A stretch of DNA of 64,000 nucleotides from a candidate division WOR-3 bacterium. GTDB lineage: Bacteria > Hydrothermota > Tepidihabitantia > Tepidihabitantales > JAOUPE01. The stretch spans positions 1 through 64,000 of the forward strand of contig JBDRUX010000001.1 of NCBI GenBank assembly GCA_039801565.1, written 5' to 3'. Every line of letters starts with the position of its first letter. The stretch's first letter is position 1. Below the pieces are notes generated by a model, which was given only the letters and a program-made list of their open reading frames with translations, made no database searches and had not been told where the DNA came from. Of the stretch, positions 27,373 through 37,913 are shown piece after piece. The translations under genes were made by a program, and so were the position numbers.

Positions 27373-28736
27373 TTCGAACTCGACAAAAAAATTACCGCAA
27401 AATTTTATCCTTGGCTTTATGGCTGATTTCTGCTTGTAGAACCGGTTTTGCGGTAGCGGATAGCCTACCCCCTTTGCCGGATTTATCTGATTTGACACTA
27501 AAATTCCCTTTGCCCAAAGAAAGTTTTACTCGGGCTGATACTAGCCGATTTCTCGTTTCGGGTGGCTTATTTCAGCCAATAAAGTCCTTTGATTGGTTTT
27601 TTAATGGTGCGGCACTAATCCCATTGCATTGGCAGAATAAATTTTTTTCTTTTTATAGCAATTGTCGTTCTGATATTGACTATGAACCGTTTTGGTTTTT
27701 TTCCGCAGCGATTAACTCCAACCTGCCAATTCGGCATTCCCTTTTAACTAATCATCTAAGCTTTGAATGCAAAAAGCGCGCCAATGTTAATTATGAAAAT
27801 CTCTCACTTCTTAATTGGAGTATTCACCCCATCGCCTTGGGTGAATTAGATTTAAAATTTCGATTTCGCGTTGCACGTTTTTTTCTAACCGAGGGATATC
27901 AATTTTATAACCTTAGCCTCCAAAACGATTACCTTGTTCCAACTCGGCTTGGTGATTTTGGACTGGGAGGTGGTTTTTTAATTCAGAAAAGAACCGACCC
28001 GCTATTACTCTTCAATCTTTTTCACCATATCATCCCCAAAAAACTTATTACCTTAAAACCTTATTTTGGTTGGTCAACCGACCGCAACTTTACCTTTGGC
28101 ATTACTTTGGGGTCAAAAGTCGGCAAGGCGACCGGTCTTCTGCAGTTCAGTTATAATGATAAGCAACTAATCAGTCTGGACTCGATTTATCGTGATGCTG
28201 GACCATTTAAGATAAACGAAACGCTCCATTATCCAATTAGTCAATATAGATTATCCGGGTTAGTTCGAGTCAATAATCAAGAATTTAATTTTTCACTTCG
28301 GTTTGATACGAACCAAATTCATATTGTGCAATCCCAATCGTTGCTTCGTTCCGAAAACAGTTTAAAAAAATCGGCCAATTTGCGCATCGAATTGAAGAAT
28401 TCATTGCCGTCTTTAATTAAAAGTTGGTTGATAGCCGAAGTAAATTGGGGCAATTTGTCATTAACCCCGGTTTGGGTACTTTCTTTTCATCCGAGTGTTT
28501 TTTACAAAAATTTCAGTTGGCAACTAACCGGTGAATTGGTAGGAAAGAGAAAATTGGCTGACCGGGAACTCAAACCGGTTTTTCGGACGAATGGCAGCTT
28601 TTCTTATTCTATTTCGACCTTTCGACTCAGCCTCGGCTGCAATAATATCTTCGAATCGAATTGGGAAATTTATCCCAATTATTTCGATAAGTATCGGAAA
28701 ATATTCCTTCAGTTAGAGGCAATTAAAATTTTCTGA
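27369..28736 (+). CDS. Hypothetical protein, possible outer-membrane beta-barrel
   Basis: Signal-like N-terminus, aromatic alternating strands, NNIF motif near the C-terminus, terminal Phe. Confidence 0.55.
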   Translation: MIRTRQKNYRKILSLALWLISACRTGFAVADSLPPLPDLSDLTLKFPLPKESFTRADTSRFLVSGGLFQPIKSFDWFFNGAALIPLHWQNKFFSFYSNCRSDIDYEPFWFFSAAINSNLPIRHSLLTNHLSFECKKRANVNYENLSLLNWSIHPIALGELDLKFRFRVARFFLTEGYQFYNLSLQNDYLVPTRLGDFGLGGGFLIQKRTDPLLLFNLFHHIIPKKLITLKPYFGWSTDRNFTFGITLGSKVGKATGLLQFSYNDKQLISLDSIYRDAGPFKINETLHYPISQYRLSGLVRVNNQEFNFSLRFDTNQIHIVQSQSLLRSENSLKKSANLRIELKNSLPSLIKSWLIAEVNWGNLSLTPVWVLSFHPSVFYKNFSWQLTGELVGKRKLADRELKPVFRTNGSFSYSISTFRLSLGCNNIFESNWEIYPNYFDKYRKIFLQLEAIKIF

Positions 28737-28824
28737 GGAAATTATATTTTTTAACAAAGCAATTACCCAATAAGGAAATCTTTTGACTGTTGACAAATTA
28801 CTGACCTTTTGAGATAATATTTTT

Positions 28825-29496
28825 ATGATCTTAGAAGAAAAAATTAATGAGTTAAAAGAAAAGATTCTTTTGATGGCGGATATCGCCAAGGGTATGGCGA
28901 ACAAAAGTATTCGTGCTTTAATTGAACGTAACGAAGCTATGGCGAAAGAAGTTGTTGAAAACGATGAGCCAAAGGTGAATAACTTAGAGATTGAAATCGA
29001 GGAGAGCGCAATTAATCTTATTGCTTTGCATCAACCCGAAGCTTCTCATCTTCGGACTGTAATGATGATTATAAAAATTAACAACGATTTGGAACGGATT
29101 GGCGACCATGCAGTAAATATCGCCCAAGGTGTGATGAATTGGTTGATTCACAAACCACTGGTCAAGCCATTAATTGATTTACCAAGGATGGCAGAAGGTA
29201 CTACCAAAATGCTTGCGGATAGCATTGATGCCTTTATTCGGGGTGACGCTGACTTAGCGAGACAGGTCTGTCGCCGCGATTCGGAGATTGATTCTTTGCT
29301 CGACCAGATAACCCGCGAATTAATCACCTATATGGTGAGCGACCCGAAGACCATTGACCGGGCGCTGGCATTAATTCTGGTGGCGCGTAACTTAGAACGC
29401 ATTGCGGATTTAGCCACTAATTTAGCCGAAGACGTCATTTATATCGTCAAAGGTGAAGTAATTAAGCATCACCGCATCAAGGATGAATTTAGCTAA
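28825..29496 (+). CDS. phoU: Phosphate signalling protein PhoU
   Basis: QPEASHLR, DLERIGDHAVNIA, LERIADLATNLAE. Confidence 0.95.
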   Translation: MILEEKINELKEKILLMADIAKGMANKSIRALIERNEAMAKEVVENDEPKVNNLEIEIEESAINLIALHQPEASHLRTVMMIIKINNDLERIGDHAVNIAQGVMNWLIHKPLVKPLIDLPRMAEGTTKMLADSIDAFIRGDADLARQVCRRDSEIDSLLDQITRELITYMVSDPKTIDRALALILVARNLERIADLATNLAEDVIYIVKGEVIKHHRIKDEFS

Positions 29497-29504
29497 GACG
29501 GGTT

Positions 29505-29532
29505 TAAACCTTTTTTTGCTTTGATTGTCTAA
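29505..29532 (+). promoter_or_regulatory. Candidate ECF-sigma promoter
   Basis: AAAC-N16-TGTCTAA upstream of a Spy/CpxP-like gene. Confidence 0.45.
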
Positions 29533-29561
29533 TAAATTATAACTTTTGGAAGGGAGCAAAA

Positions 29562-30032
29562 ATGAACGCAATAAAAATAACTTTGGCTCTAATTATAAGC
29601 TTAGGGTTTTTTGGTATAACCATAATCTGTGCCCAATCCGTCCCTGAACCGATGCCCTGCCCGCACCACCAAAAAATGGTCGAGAAGAAAGAAGCAGTAA
29701 AACTTGAGTTCACCTTAGAACAAGAAAGAGAACTCCATAAATTAAAACTTAACTTCCATAAAGAATCGGCACCATTAAGAACCGAAATCGAAACTAAAGA
29801 GATGGAATTACGGGAACTTTGGTTGGAAGAAAAACCGGATGTTGAGAAAATCATTAAGAAAGCTCAAGAAATTCACAAACTGCAAGGTCAACTTCAAGAA
29901 AAGGAAATCCGACATCGGTTTGCAATTTTAAAAATTCTAACTCCAGAACAACGGAAGGTTTTTCAATTTCGTCAACGCTGCCAATGTGGCCCGATGGAAA
30001 GGTGCCGAGCACCTAGGGATATAATGGACTGA
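29562..30032 (+). CDS. Spy/CpxP/ZraP-like periplasmic protein
   Basis: Signal peptide; FTLEQ...ILTPEQR (LTxxQ motifs). Confidence 0.82.
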   Translation: MNAIKITLALIISLGFFGITIICAQSVPEPMPCPHHQKMVEKKEAVKLEFTLEQERELHKLKLNFHKESAPLRTEIETKEMELRELWLEEKPDVEKIIKKAQEIHKLQGQLQEKEIRHRFAILKILTPEQRKVFQFRQRCQCGPMERCRAPRDIMD

Positions 30033-30392
30033 TTTTCTGCGTCTTAGAACGTAGATAAATAAATGTTAGTTCGAGCGGGTTTTAATATCTAACTAAATTT
30101 TCACGGCTTCTTAAAAGTCCCCGACAGCGTCTCTAATAGTTAGAGATTAATCTAATGAGGAAAAGAATATCTCTTTTTACATTTCAATTTTTCTAACTCG
30201 GCTTGTGGGACAGCAACTAATTAATAATACCGCCAATTTTTAATCAGCGTCTTTTGCGAGATTTCTCTTTTTACCGATTATTGACTGAAGAGGAGATGGT
30301 TTAAATCGGCATTAGATTGATAATGTTTCTAATCTTTAACCCCCGTTTGAAGATTTTTTACCTTTTGGTTTTTAAGAGGTAAGGTCCTTTTG

Positions 30393-30788
30393 TTAAATTT
30401 TGTTTCTATCGGTTGAAGTCTGTTCGATTATTACAACTGCCGTAGCATAATCTTGGGTATGAGAGAGGGTTAAATGGACGATGCGTTTACCTAAAATCTT
30501 TGAAGCTCTACCCGTAATGACCAAGCTGGGTTTTGATAATTCATCGTCAACCACTTCGATGTCCTGCCAGGAGATTTTACCTCGTAGTCCAGTACCGAGT
30601 GCTTTGGCAAATGCTTCCTTGGCAGCGAAACGCGCCGCATAAGAGAGATAAGGATTTGACCGCTTTTCACAGAAGGCGATTTCATTTTTAGTAAAAATTC
30701 GGCTTCGGAACCGCTTGGGGAATTTGTTTAGTGCTGATTTTATTCGGTTGACTTCGATTAAATCAATTCCGATACCAAAAATTGCCAT
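30393..30788 (-). CDS. acpS: Holo-ACP synthase
   Basis: GIGIDLIE, AARFAAKEAFAKALGTG, LSH. Confidence 0.96.
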   Translation of the reverse strand: MAIFGIGIDLIEVNRIKSALNKFPKRFRSRIFTKNEIAFCEKRSNPYLSYAARFAAKEAFAKALGTGLRGKISWQDIEVVDDELSKPSLVITGRASKILGKRIVHLTLSHTQDYATAVVIIEQTSTDRNKI

Positions 30789-30902
30789 ATTTAATCCGTT
30801 GGCTATGACTTAGAAGACAGTTCAAATCGTTTAACAGCTTAATAGTTCTTTAAAAATTTAGAGAGAGCAATGGTACGAATCATTTATCTTTTCCTTAAAA
30901 TT

Positions 30903-31583
30903 CTAACGATTTTCTTTGTCAATAATTGGGATAAGTTCTAAGATATCATTAATCTCGTAGTCTGCACCGGAGTTGATTGTGCCAAAGGTGTCACCATAGC
31001 GGGCAAAGACAGTTTTCATCCCTAATATCTTAGCCCCGATAATATCCCGTTCTGCCCAATCACCAACCATTATTGCTTGTTGGGCATCAATCTTTAAAAG
31101 TTCCAGTATCTTTCGAAATGGTTCGGGGTCGGGTTTGCGTTTGCCAGTGTCGTCAAAAGTGACAACAACATCAAAATAGTTGTGGATGTTTAGGGCACAG
31201 AGTCGAAGCCAGGCTTGAAGTCGCGGGGCATCAGATATTACGGCTAATCTTAAACCCCTTTTTAATAATTCCAACAGGGCAATATGGACATGGGGATAAG
31301 GAACTAAGGCACTTTCCCTTGCCCGGCGGTAACCAATAATGCCGGCGGCTTGGATCTTCGGGTCAATGCTACCCAATTCTTGTTCTAAGAATTTGTCAAA
31401 GACCTGTTGGTATTCAATCCCTTTTTCACTGTAAATTTGGTAAATTTTTCGTTTGGCTATTTCTTTTGTCATTTTTAATCCGGCATCAATCATTGCATCT
31501 ACTGCAGCATCAATCGCAACATCTTTCAGTTTTACAAAGTCAACCAAGGTATTATCTAAATCAAAGATCACCGCTTTAATCAT
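30903..31583 (-). CDS. HAD-superfamily hydrolase (subfamily IA)
   Basis: FDLDNTL, RKPDPEPF, MVGDWAERDIIGA. Confidence 0.9.
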   Translation of the reverse strand: MIKAVIFDLDNTLVDFVKLKDVAIDAAVDAMIDAGLKMTKEIAKRKIYQIYSEKGIEYQQVFDKFLEQELGSIDPKIQAAGIIGYRRARESALVPYPHVHIALLELLKRGLRLAVISDAPRLQAWLRLCALNIHNYFDVVVTFDDTGKRKPDPEPFRKILELLKIDAQQAIMVGDWAERDIIGAKILGMKTVFARYGDTFGTINSGADYEINDILELIPIIDKENR

Positions 31584-32593
31584 ATTTTTTCTTTAAGTTT
31601 TGCGGCAGCAATCTCCGGGGCAACCGAATTAATATAGAATCCCGACCCCCATTCAAATCCGTCCATTCGTTTGATTCTGGGAATTATTTCTAAATGCCAG
31701 TGAAAGTCGTCACGAATCGTCGCCCAATACCCCGGAATCGGTAAAAGGTTTGGTGCGGTGTGGAGTACATAATTATAGGGTGGGTCAGCAAGGACTTCGT
31801 ATAACGCCTGAAAAGTTCGTTTCATTACTTCCCCTAAGTTAATAATCTCTTCGCCGGTAATTTGTTCAAAGGTGTAAGAATGGCGTTTGGGATAGACAGC
31901 TAATTCAAAAGGAAATCGGGAGGCATAAGGGGCCAGCACAACAAAATGGCTGGTCTCTAAGACAATTCGCTTTTGGTCTTCCAACTCGAAGTTGAGGATG
32001 TCACAGACCAGACACCGTTCTTTATATTCAAAATATTCTTTAGCGCGGGCGAGTTCGTTTTTAATTTTCTGGGGTGTAGCAGGTAAGGCAATTAGCTGGG
32101 AATGAGTATGTTCGATAGCTGAAGCGCCAGCCAGTGCGCCATAATCTTTGAAGATCATTACGTAACGCAATCTTTTATCCCGGTGAAGGTCGCTGATTCG
32201 TTCCTGATACGTTTTGAAGACTAAAGCGATTTGGCTGGCACTTAAGAGGTGAAAATTTTTAATATGTTCGGGAGATTCAATAATGACTTCATTGGCACCG
32301 ATTCCGGAGACTTTATCGTGGATGCCGATACCAACGCGTAGTACTTCGCCTTCCACCCGGAGAACCGGGTCTTTATCTGGTATGACCCGTACCTGCCAAC
32401 CTGGTTGATTGGGTTGCGAGGTTTGACTTCGGATAGTGAAGATTTCCGGTGGAGTTTGGGCTTCATTGCCAGCACAGAAAGGGCAAATTGGTAACGGTTT
32501 GGGCGGCTGGCGATGGTTGAGCGGAATATCTTTATTTTCGGTGCGAATAATCACCCAAGTGTCGGTCAGAATATCTCTTCTTACTTCAGACAT
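31580..32593 (-). CDS. galT: Galactose-1-phosphate uridylyltransferase family
   Basis: MSEVRRD, CPFCAGNE, EVIIESPEH, HTHSQ, HWHLEIIPR, GFEWGSG; ATG 32593 is the likelier start. Confidence 0.88.
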   Translation of the reverse strand: MSEVRRDILTDTWVIIRTENKDIPLNHRQPPKPLPICPFCAGNEAQTPPEIFTIRSQTSQPNQPGWQVRVIPDKDPVLRVEGEVLRVGIGIHDKVSGIGANEVIIESPEHIKNFHLLSASQIALVFKTYQERISDLHRDKRLRYVMIFKDYGALAGASAIEHTHSQLIALPATPQKIKNELARAKEYFEYKERCLVCDILNFELEDQKRIVLETSHFVVLAPYASRFPFELAVYPKRHSYTFEQITGEEIINLGEVMKRTFQALYEVLADPPYNYVLHTAPNLLPIPGYWATIRDDFHWHLEIIPRIKRMDGFEWGSGFYINSVAPEIAAAKLKEKI

Positions 32594-33093
32594 CGGTTTT
32601 TGAAAAATGGTTTTAATCGCTGGTAAGTTGTAGATAATGATTCGCAAATCACTTTTGTCTGAGCTAATAAGGGGAAAAAATTGACATCGCCAATCCAACG
32701 TGGCACAATATGAATGTGGAAATGACTCGGTAACCCCGCCCCAGCATAACGACCTAAATTGGCTCCGATATTGAAACCATCCGGACGTAGTGCTTTTTTT
32801 AAAATTTTGACCGACTCTTGAATTAATTTAAAAAGCGCTGCATATTCATCGGGTTTTAGTTTCTCAATTGCGCCGATATGCCGACAAGGTGCCACCATTA
32901 AATGACCATTGTTGTAAGGATACCGATTCATCATAACTAAGGCATAAGAGTCAGTATAGAGAACCAAATTTTTAACCGGATCACCTTTTTGACTTTGGCA
33001 GATGAAACAGTGACCGGCATCTGTCACCTTGCCTTTTTGTTTGGAACATTCTTTGATGTATTCCATCCGCCAAGGGGCATAGAGTTGTTTCAT
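32581..33093 (-). CDS. HIT family hydrolase
   Basis: LYAPWRMEYI, CFIC, NRYPYNNGHLMV, HFHIHIVPRW. Confidence 0.93.
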   Translation of the reverse strand: MKQLYAPWRMEYIKECSKQKGKVTDAGHCFICQSQKGDPVKNLVLYTDSYALVMMNRYPYNNGHLMVAPCRHIGAIEKLKPDEYAALFKLIQESVKILKKALRPDGFNIGANLGRYAGAGLPSHFHIHIVPRWIGDVNFFPLLAQTKVICESLSTTYQRLKPFFKNRCLK

Positions 33094-33209
33094 ATTAATC
33101 TAATCACCAATCCCTTGAATGATAACGAATTTCCCGAATATTCGAGACACTCGCATCATTCGTAAAAATAAGATTCATCGCTTCATCTAAGTTTTGAATT
33201 CCATTTAAG

Positions 33210-34457
33210 TTAGAATAAGGTCATTTGCTCGCCCGCTACTTTTTCGCTAATTGGTTGGGTCTCTTCTGAGAATATTTTGATTGTACCGAATACCCCATCA
33301 TAGCCCGGAATAACGGTGATTTCACCTTGCCGCATCTTCGCGACACCCAAGGCGATTCTTTCATCGCTATACTGTTTAATCGCTTCAATCGGTGCCGAGA
33401 GCAAGACGGTAAACTCTCCACCCAAATTTTTAACTAAATTTTCGTATTTCAATCGAACTGCCGCGGTATCCCGACCGACCCCCAACGCCTCGGCGATAAT
33501 TTCTTCTAATGGCACAAGATTTTTATAAGGAATAGCGTTCTCGGGAATGAAACCTTCGGGACGGTCAGCTAAAGATTCAACCCGGTGTAAGACACCGATC
33601 GTTAACCGGCGTCCACAGACCGGGCATAAATCGTTATTTAAAACCGATTGTTTAGGTGAAAGCCGAACCTTACAATTCCGATGACCATCGTAATGATATT
33701 TTCCTTCTTCAGGGAAGAATTCGATAGTGTAGAGAAATTTTTTACGGTCTTTAGTCTTCAGCACCGTTCGAATCTCATCATAGGTCAAATCGCAATCGAA
33801 GACATTTGCCTCACGACCTAAGCGAGATGGTGAATGGGCATCAGAGTTAGAGATTAGGGAATAATCATCAAGAGCCGATAGTCGCCAGTTCATTGCCGGG
33901 TCCGATGATAGACCAGTCTCCAGGGCGAAAATCTCGTGGCTTAAATCACCAAAACAATCCTCAATCGAATCAAAACCTGAATGCGACCCGTAAAGCGAAA
34001 ACCAAGGTGTCCAGATATGGGAAGGAACAATAAAGGCTCGGGGTGCGAGCTCCTTAATTTTGGCTAACATCTGATAAGAATCGAGTGCAATGGTCGGTCG
34101 GCCATCGCTGGCTAAATTGCCATAGCGGCTCAAAAACTTGTTGATTCGTTCTACATCACTAAAATCTGGGGCGAAGATAATATTATGAATGCGTCGCAAT
34201 TTTGCATTCTTAGTATAAATATTGTTCACTTCGGCCGTGAGAATAAAATAAATATCTTTGCAGGTAAAAAGTCCTCCGCCCGTGGGCTTTAAATCTTTTT
34301 TCAGTAGTTCGAGCCATTTCGGGTGAGTGAAGTCACCGGTTCCTAATAATTTTATTCCTTTTCGTTGGGCACTGGCAACGATTTGCGGAATTACCATATC
34401 CTGACTGGTAGCACGGGAAAAAAGTGAATGAATATGAAAATCCGCAATAAATTCCAC
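33210..34457 (-). CDS. Endonuclease Q family (PHP domain plus Zn finger)
   Basis: DFHIHS, GTGDFTHP, SNSDAHS, GKYHYDGHRNC, CPVCG, PGYDGVFG. Confidence 0.88.
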   Translation of the reverse strand: MEFIADFHIHSLFSRATSQDMVIPQIVASAQRKGIKLLGTGDFTHPKWLELLKKDLKPTGGGLFTCKDIYFILTAEVNNIYTKNAKLRRIHNIIFAPDFSDVERINKFLSRYGNLASDGRPTIALDSYQMLAKIKELAPRAFIVPSHIWTPWFSLYGSHSGFDSIEDCFGDLSHEIFALETGLSSDPAMNWRLSALDDYSLISNSDAHSPSRLGREANVFDCDLTYDEIRTVLKTKDRKKFLYTIEFFPEEGKYHYDGHRNCKVRLSPKQSVLNNDLCPVCGRRLTIGVLHRVESLADRPEGFIPENAIPYKNLVPLEEIIAEALGVGRDTAAVRLKYENLVKNLGGEFTVLLSAPIEAIKQYSDERIALGVAKMRQGEITVIPGYDGVFGTIKIFSEETQPISEKVAGEQMTLF

Positions 34458-34632
34458 CTCCGTATTTTACCGAAAGAAACCTAATAGTCAAGAATGAAAA
34501 GCAAGAAGTATTAACTGAATCCAAAACGAGGCTAATTAAGAGAATACAAAGAAAGTAAAATTCGGGAACGAATTTTTGTGGTTCCAAAACATCGCTTTTA
34601 GGAGACGATTCGGATTTTCGAGAGTTCGATAG

Positions 34633-34776
34633 TTATTAGTTCAAATTGTTTAAGATGGTTTAAAACTTAAATATGAAAGAATAATGAGAAGAATTATTGT
34701 CACTTCTATCGTCCTGCTTGGTGTTTTTTTGTGCTTGCGATATTAGTGTTGTGTCACAAGTCGTTTCGGGTGTTGC
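34633..34776 (+). pseudogene. Diverged inverted copy of the upstream region and 5' end of the gene at 39506-40120
   Basis: Matches the reverse complement of about 40030-40171; MRRIIVTSIVLLGVF then frameshift. Confidence 0.85.
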
Positions 34777-34811
34777 TGTTGACATTTTTGTTACTTTGGT
34801 TATGATGAATT

Positions 34812-35894
34812 ATGCGTGCAACCGAAGCCGATGAGTTTTTTATGGCCCAAGCCTTGGAATTAGCCGAAAAGGGACGTGGCTTTGTTGCACCAAATCCTTT
34901 GGTCGGAGCGGTTGTTGTCAAAAATGGTAAAATTGTCGGAAAGGGTTATCATGAAAAATTCGGCAGAGCCCACGCTGAAATTAATGCTTTGAACGAAGCA
35001 AAAGAGAATGCACGCGGTGCTACCCTTTATGTCACACTCGAACCTTGCACTTTCTATGGCAAGACACCAGCTTGTGTCGACAGGTTAATTACTGCTGGTT
35101 TGCGCCGGGTAGTTATTGCTACCAAAGACCCTAATCCAAAAGTTTTTGGTAAAGGGGTCGCTTTGTTAAAGAAGGCCGGTATTGAAACAGAAGTTGGTAT
35201 TAAAGAAGAAATCGCCCAAAGACAGAATGAGAGTTATTTCAAATTTGTTAAGGCACAATTGCCTTTTGTCGTTTTAAAACTTGCCCAAAGTTTGGATGGC
35301 AAGATTGCGCTTTTAAACGGCAAGTCGAAATGGATTGATTCGCCAAGAAGTCGGAATTATAGTCAAAAACTGCGTCTTTATGCTGATGCTATTTTAGTTG
35401 GCATCAACACCATTTTAAAAGACGACCCACGCCTTACTTGTCGAATCGTTCCTGATAAGGAACTATTAAAAGTTGTCCTCGACACCAATTTACAAATTCC
35501 CCTTAATGCCCGAGTGCTTAATAAGGGTAACACTTTGATATTTACTGCTGTCGAAGATAGTCGAAAGCGAAACCAGTTGATTCGAAAAGGGGCAAAGATA
35601 ATTACAATCAAGGCTGACCAAGGAAGATTTTTGCCATGGCCGAGGATTCTATTAGAGTTATATCAAATTGGCATTCAGACCCTTTTGATTGAAGGGGGCG
35701 CAAAAATTGCTGCATCGGCTCTGCGAGCGAAAATTGTGGATAAAGTCTATTTGTTTTTAGCCCCAATCTTTTTGGGCGAAGGTCTGTCCTATACCCAAGG
35801 CATCGAACTTAAAAGTCTGAAGGATGCGATAAAATTAAAAGAATACAAACTGCAGCAAATCGGCAAAGATATTTTAATCGAAGGTTACCTATGA
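34812..35894 (+). CDS. ribD: Riboflavin biosynthesis deaminase/reductase
   Basis: PNPLVGAV, HAE, TLEPC...TPAC, SLDGKIA, LLIEGG. Confidence 0.96.
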   Translation: MRATEADEFFMAQALELAEKGRGFVAPNPLVGAVVVKNGKIVGKGYHEKFGRAHAEINALNEAKENARGATLYVTLEPCTFYGKTPACVDRLITAGLRRVVIATKDPNPKVFGKGVALLKKAGIETEVGIKEEIAQRQNESYFKFVKAQLPFVVLKLAQSLDGKIALLNGKSKWIDSPRSRNYSQKLRLYADAILVGINTILKDDPRLTCRIVPDKELLKVVLDTNLQIPLNARVLNKGNTLIFTAVEDSRKRNQLIRKGAKIITIKADQGRFLPWPRILLELYQIGIQTLLIEGGAKIAASALRAKIVDKVYLFLAPIFLGEGLSYTQGIELKSLKDAIKLKEYKLQQIGKDILIEGYL

Positions 35895-35921
35895 TAACCC
35901 TATTTATTAGCCAATAGTCTA

Positions 35922-36530
35922 ATGTTTACCGGTTTGATTGAAACAGTTGGTAGAATTGGGGCGATTAAATCTAAAGCCGGTAGCAAATTCTTGACGATAA
36001 TTGCTGATTTTGCTAAGGAATTGCGGATCGGCGATAGTGTTGCAATTGATGGTTGCTGTCTTACTGTAATTGAAAAAAGTGATAGGTCGTTCACAGTGGA
36101 AGCAACCGCCCCTACGCTAAAGAATACAACATTAAAGTATTTAAAAATAGATGACCTGGTGAATTTAGAGCGTTCGCTTAGTTTGACCGAACGAATGGGC
36201 GGCCATTTCGTTTTGGGTCATATCGATGAAGTCGGACAAATCAAAACAATTAGACCTACCGCTGGTGCTGGTAGATTATGTACAATAGAAGTTTCGCCGA
36301 AAAATGCCAGTCTATTGGTAAAAAATGGTTCAATAGCCGTTGCGGGTATTAGTCTTACAATCAATGCGGTTAATAACAATTCTTTTGTGGTCAATATAAT
36401 TAGTCATACGCTTTTGCATACCACTTGGCATCGGAAACGAAGTGGCGATTATGTCAATATTGAATATGACATTTTGGGGAAATTGGTGCAAAATTATTTA
36501 AAGAAGTATATTTCCGGTTCGAAGGAGTGA
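35922..36530 (+). CDS. ribE: Riboflavin synthase alpha chain
   Basis: MFTGLIE N-terminus, GCCLTV, VNLER, GGHFVLGHID. Confidence 0.96.
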   Translation: MFTGLIETVGRIGAIKSKAGSKFLTIIADFAKELRIGDSVAIDGCCLTVIEKSDRSFTVEATAPTLKNTTLKYLKIDDLVNLERSLSLTERMGGHFVLGHIDEVGQIKTIRPTAGAGRLCTIEVSPKNASLLVKNGSIAVAGISLTINAVNNNSFVVNIISHTLLHTTWHRKRSGDYVNIEYDILGKLVQNYLKKYISGSKE

Positions 36531-36534
36531 TGGA

Positions 36535-37377
36535 TTGGTGTTAACTCTATCCGTAAAACCAAACCTAAAAGTTAAAGAAGTTGAATGCCGAACTGCCTTA
36601 AATTTATCAAAAATTTCTGGGATGGCTTATTGCCTTAATCCTTATATTGGCTGTGAACACCGTTGCATCTACTGTTACGCAACCTTTATGAGGCGATTTC
36701 GTAATCATTCAGAAGAATGGGGAAGTTTTGTTGATGTTAAAATAAATTTTATTGACCGCTTAAAAAAAGAAATCCAAAAGAAAAAGATTGGTTCGGTGGC
36801 GGTTGGTACTGTGTCCGACCCCTATCAGCCGATTGAGGCAAAATACCACACCACAAGGCAGACAATCACACTTCTTAACCAGTACAATTTTCCCTATGAA
36901 ATCTTGACCAAATCGAATCTAATTGTTCGAGACATTGACTTATTGAAAGATAATAAAAATAGTTCCGTGGAGTTGACTATTACTACAGTTGATGAAGCAA
37001 TCCGTCAAATTTTTGAGCCCAAGGCTCCCTCGGTTCTTGCCCGATTGAAAACTTTAGAAAAATTATTAGCAAATAGCATTGAAACTACTGTTTTCTTTGG
37101 ACCGGTAATTCCTTATTTTTCAGATAGTCCAGAAAAAATCGGGCAGTTTTTTAGGATTTTACAAAGGATAGGTATTAGGCGGGTTTTAGTGGATAAACTC
37201 AACTATCTTGAGACAAAAATTGCACAAATAATCCGAGTACTTCGCAACACCTTTCCTCAAGCAATTCCCTATTACCAGAAAATCTTACTTAATCCAACTC
37301 ACTACCAAATTACTTTGAGGCAAAACATTGAGGTGGTAGCGAAAGATTTTAAATTTTCCGTGGAGGTTCTATTTTGA
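36535..37377 (+). CDS. Radical SAM protein (SplB-like)
   Basis: NPYIGCEHRCIYCYA, SDPYQPIE, ILTKS. Confidence 0.88.
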   Translation: MVLTLSVKPNLKVKEVECRTALNLSKISGMAYCLNPYIGCEHRCIYCYATFMRRFRNHSEEWGSFVDVKINFIDRLKKEIQKKKIGSVAVGTVSDPYQPIEAKYHTTRQTITLLNQYNFPYEILTKSNLIVRDIDLLKDNKNSSVELTITTVDEAIRQIFEPKAPSVLARLKTLEKLLANSIETTVFFGPVIPYFSDSPEKIGQFFRILQRIGIRRVLVDKLNYLETKIAQIIRVLRNTFPQAIPYYQKILLNPTHYQITLRQNIEVVAKDFKFSVEVLF

Positions 37378-37910
37378 CAATTCTCTTCACTTTATTCATC
37401 ACTACCAACTTTGACCAGAACTTGTACAATAAAATTCACAATGACTGGCAAAATCCGACGCTGGATTTGATAATGAAAGGAACCGAAATGGTTAGCGGTT
37501 TTGAATCACAGCTAATCGCTAATTTGGCTGTTATTTATTTCGGTCAAGAAAAAGAGCTAAAGACCGCAAAATTAGCCCTTACTGCCTGGGCAATAAGTTC
37601 TTTAGCAAACTTAAGCATCCGGGTGATTGTTAACCGTCCCCGACCCGAAGATTCTCTAACCCCGCGTTGGAATTCTTCGTTCCCTTCGGGTCATTCCTCA
37701 AGTTACTTCAGTTTAGCTACAGTTTATTCGGCGAAGTACCCAAAACTGACAATTCCGCTTTATACATTCGGAATTTTGGTTGGTTTCTCGCGCATCTATT
37801 TAGGCTATCACTATCCAACCGATGTCTTAGCCGGAGCAGTTTTGGGTTGGACTTGTGGCAAATTGACATTAAAAATGGAAAAGTTATTAAATCGGTTCTT
37901 AGAGTTCTGA
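37374..37910 (+). CDS. PAP2 family phosphatase
   Basis: RPRP, SFPSGH, SRIYLGYHYPTDV. Confidence 0.92.
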   Translation: MTILFTLFITTNFDQNLYNKIHNDWQNPTLDLIMKGTEMVSGFESQLIANLAVIYFGQEKELKTAKLALTAWAISSLANLSIRVIVNRPRPEDSLTPRWNSSFPSGHSSSYFSLATVYSAKYPKLTIPLYTFGILVGFSRIYLGYHYPTDVLAGAVLGWTCGKLTLKMEKLLNRFLEF

Positions 37911-37913
37911 ATA

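Noticed and set aside
34460..34811. FMN riboswitch upstream of ribD
   Set aside because: No RFN consensus (AGGGCGGGG...AAATTCCCGACCG) seen; the region is explained by the inverted duplication and a promoter abutting the ATG.
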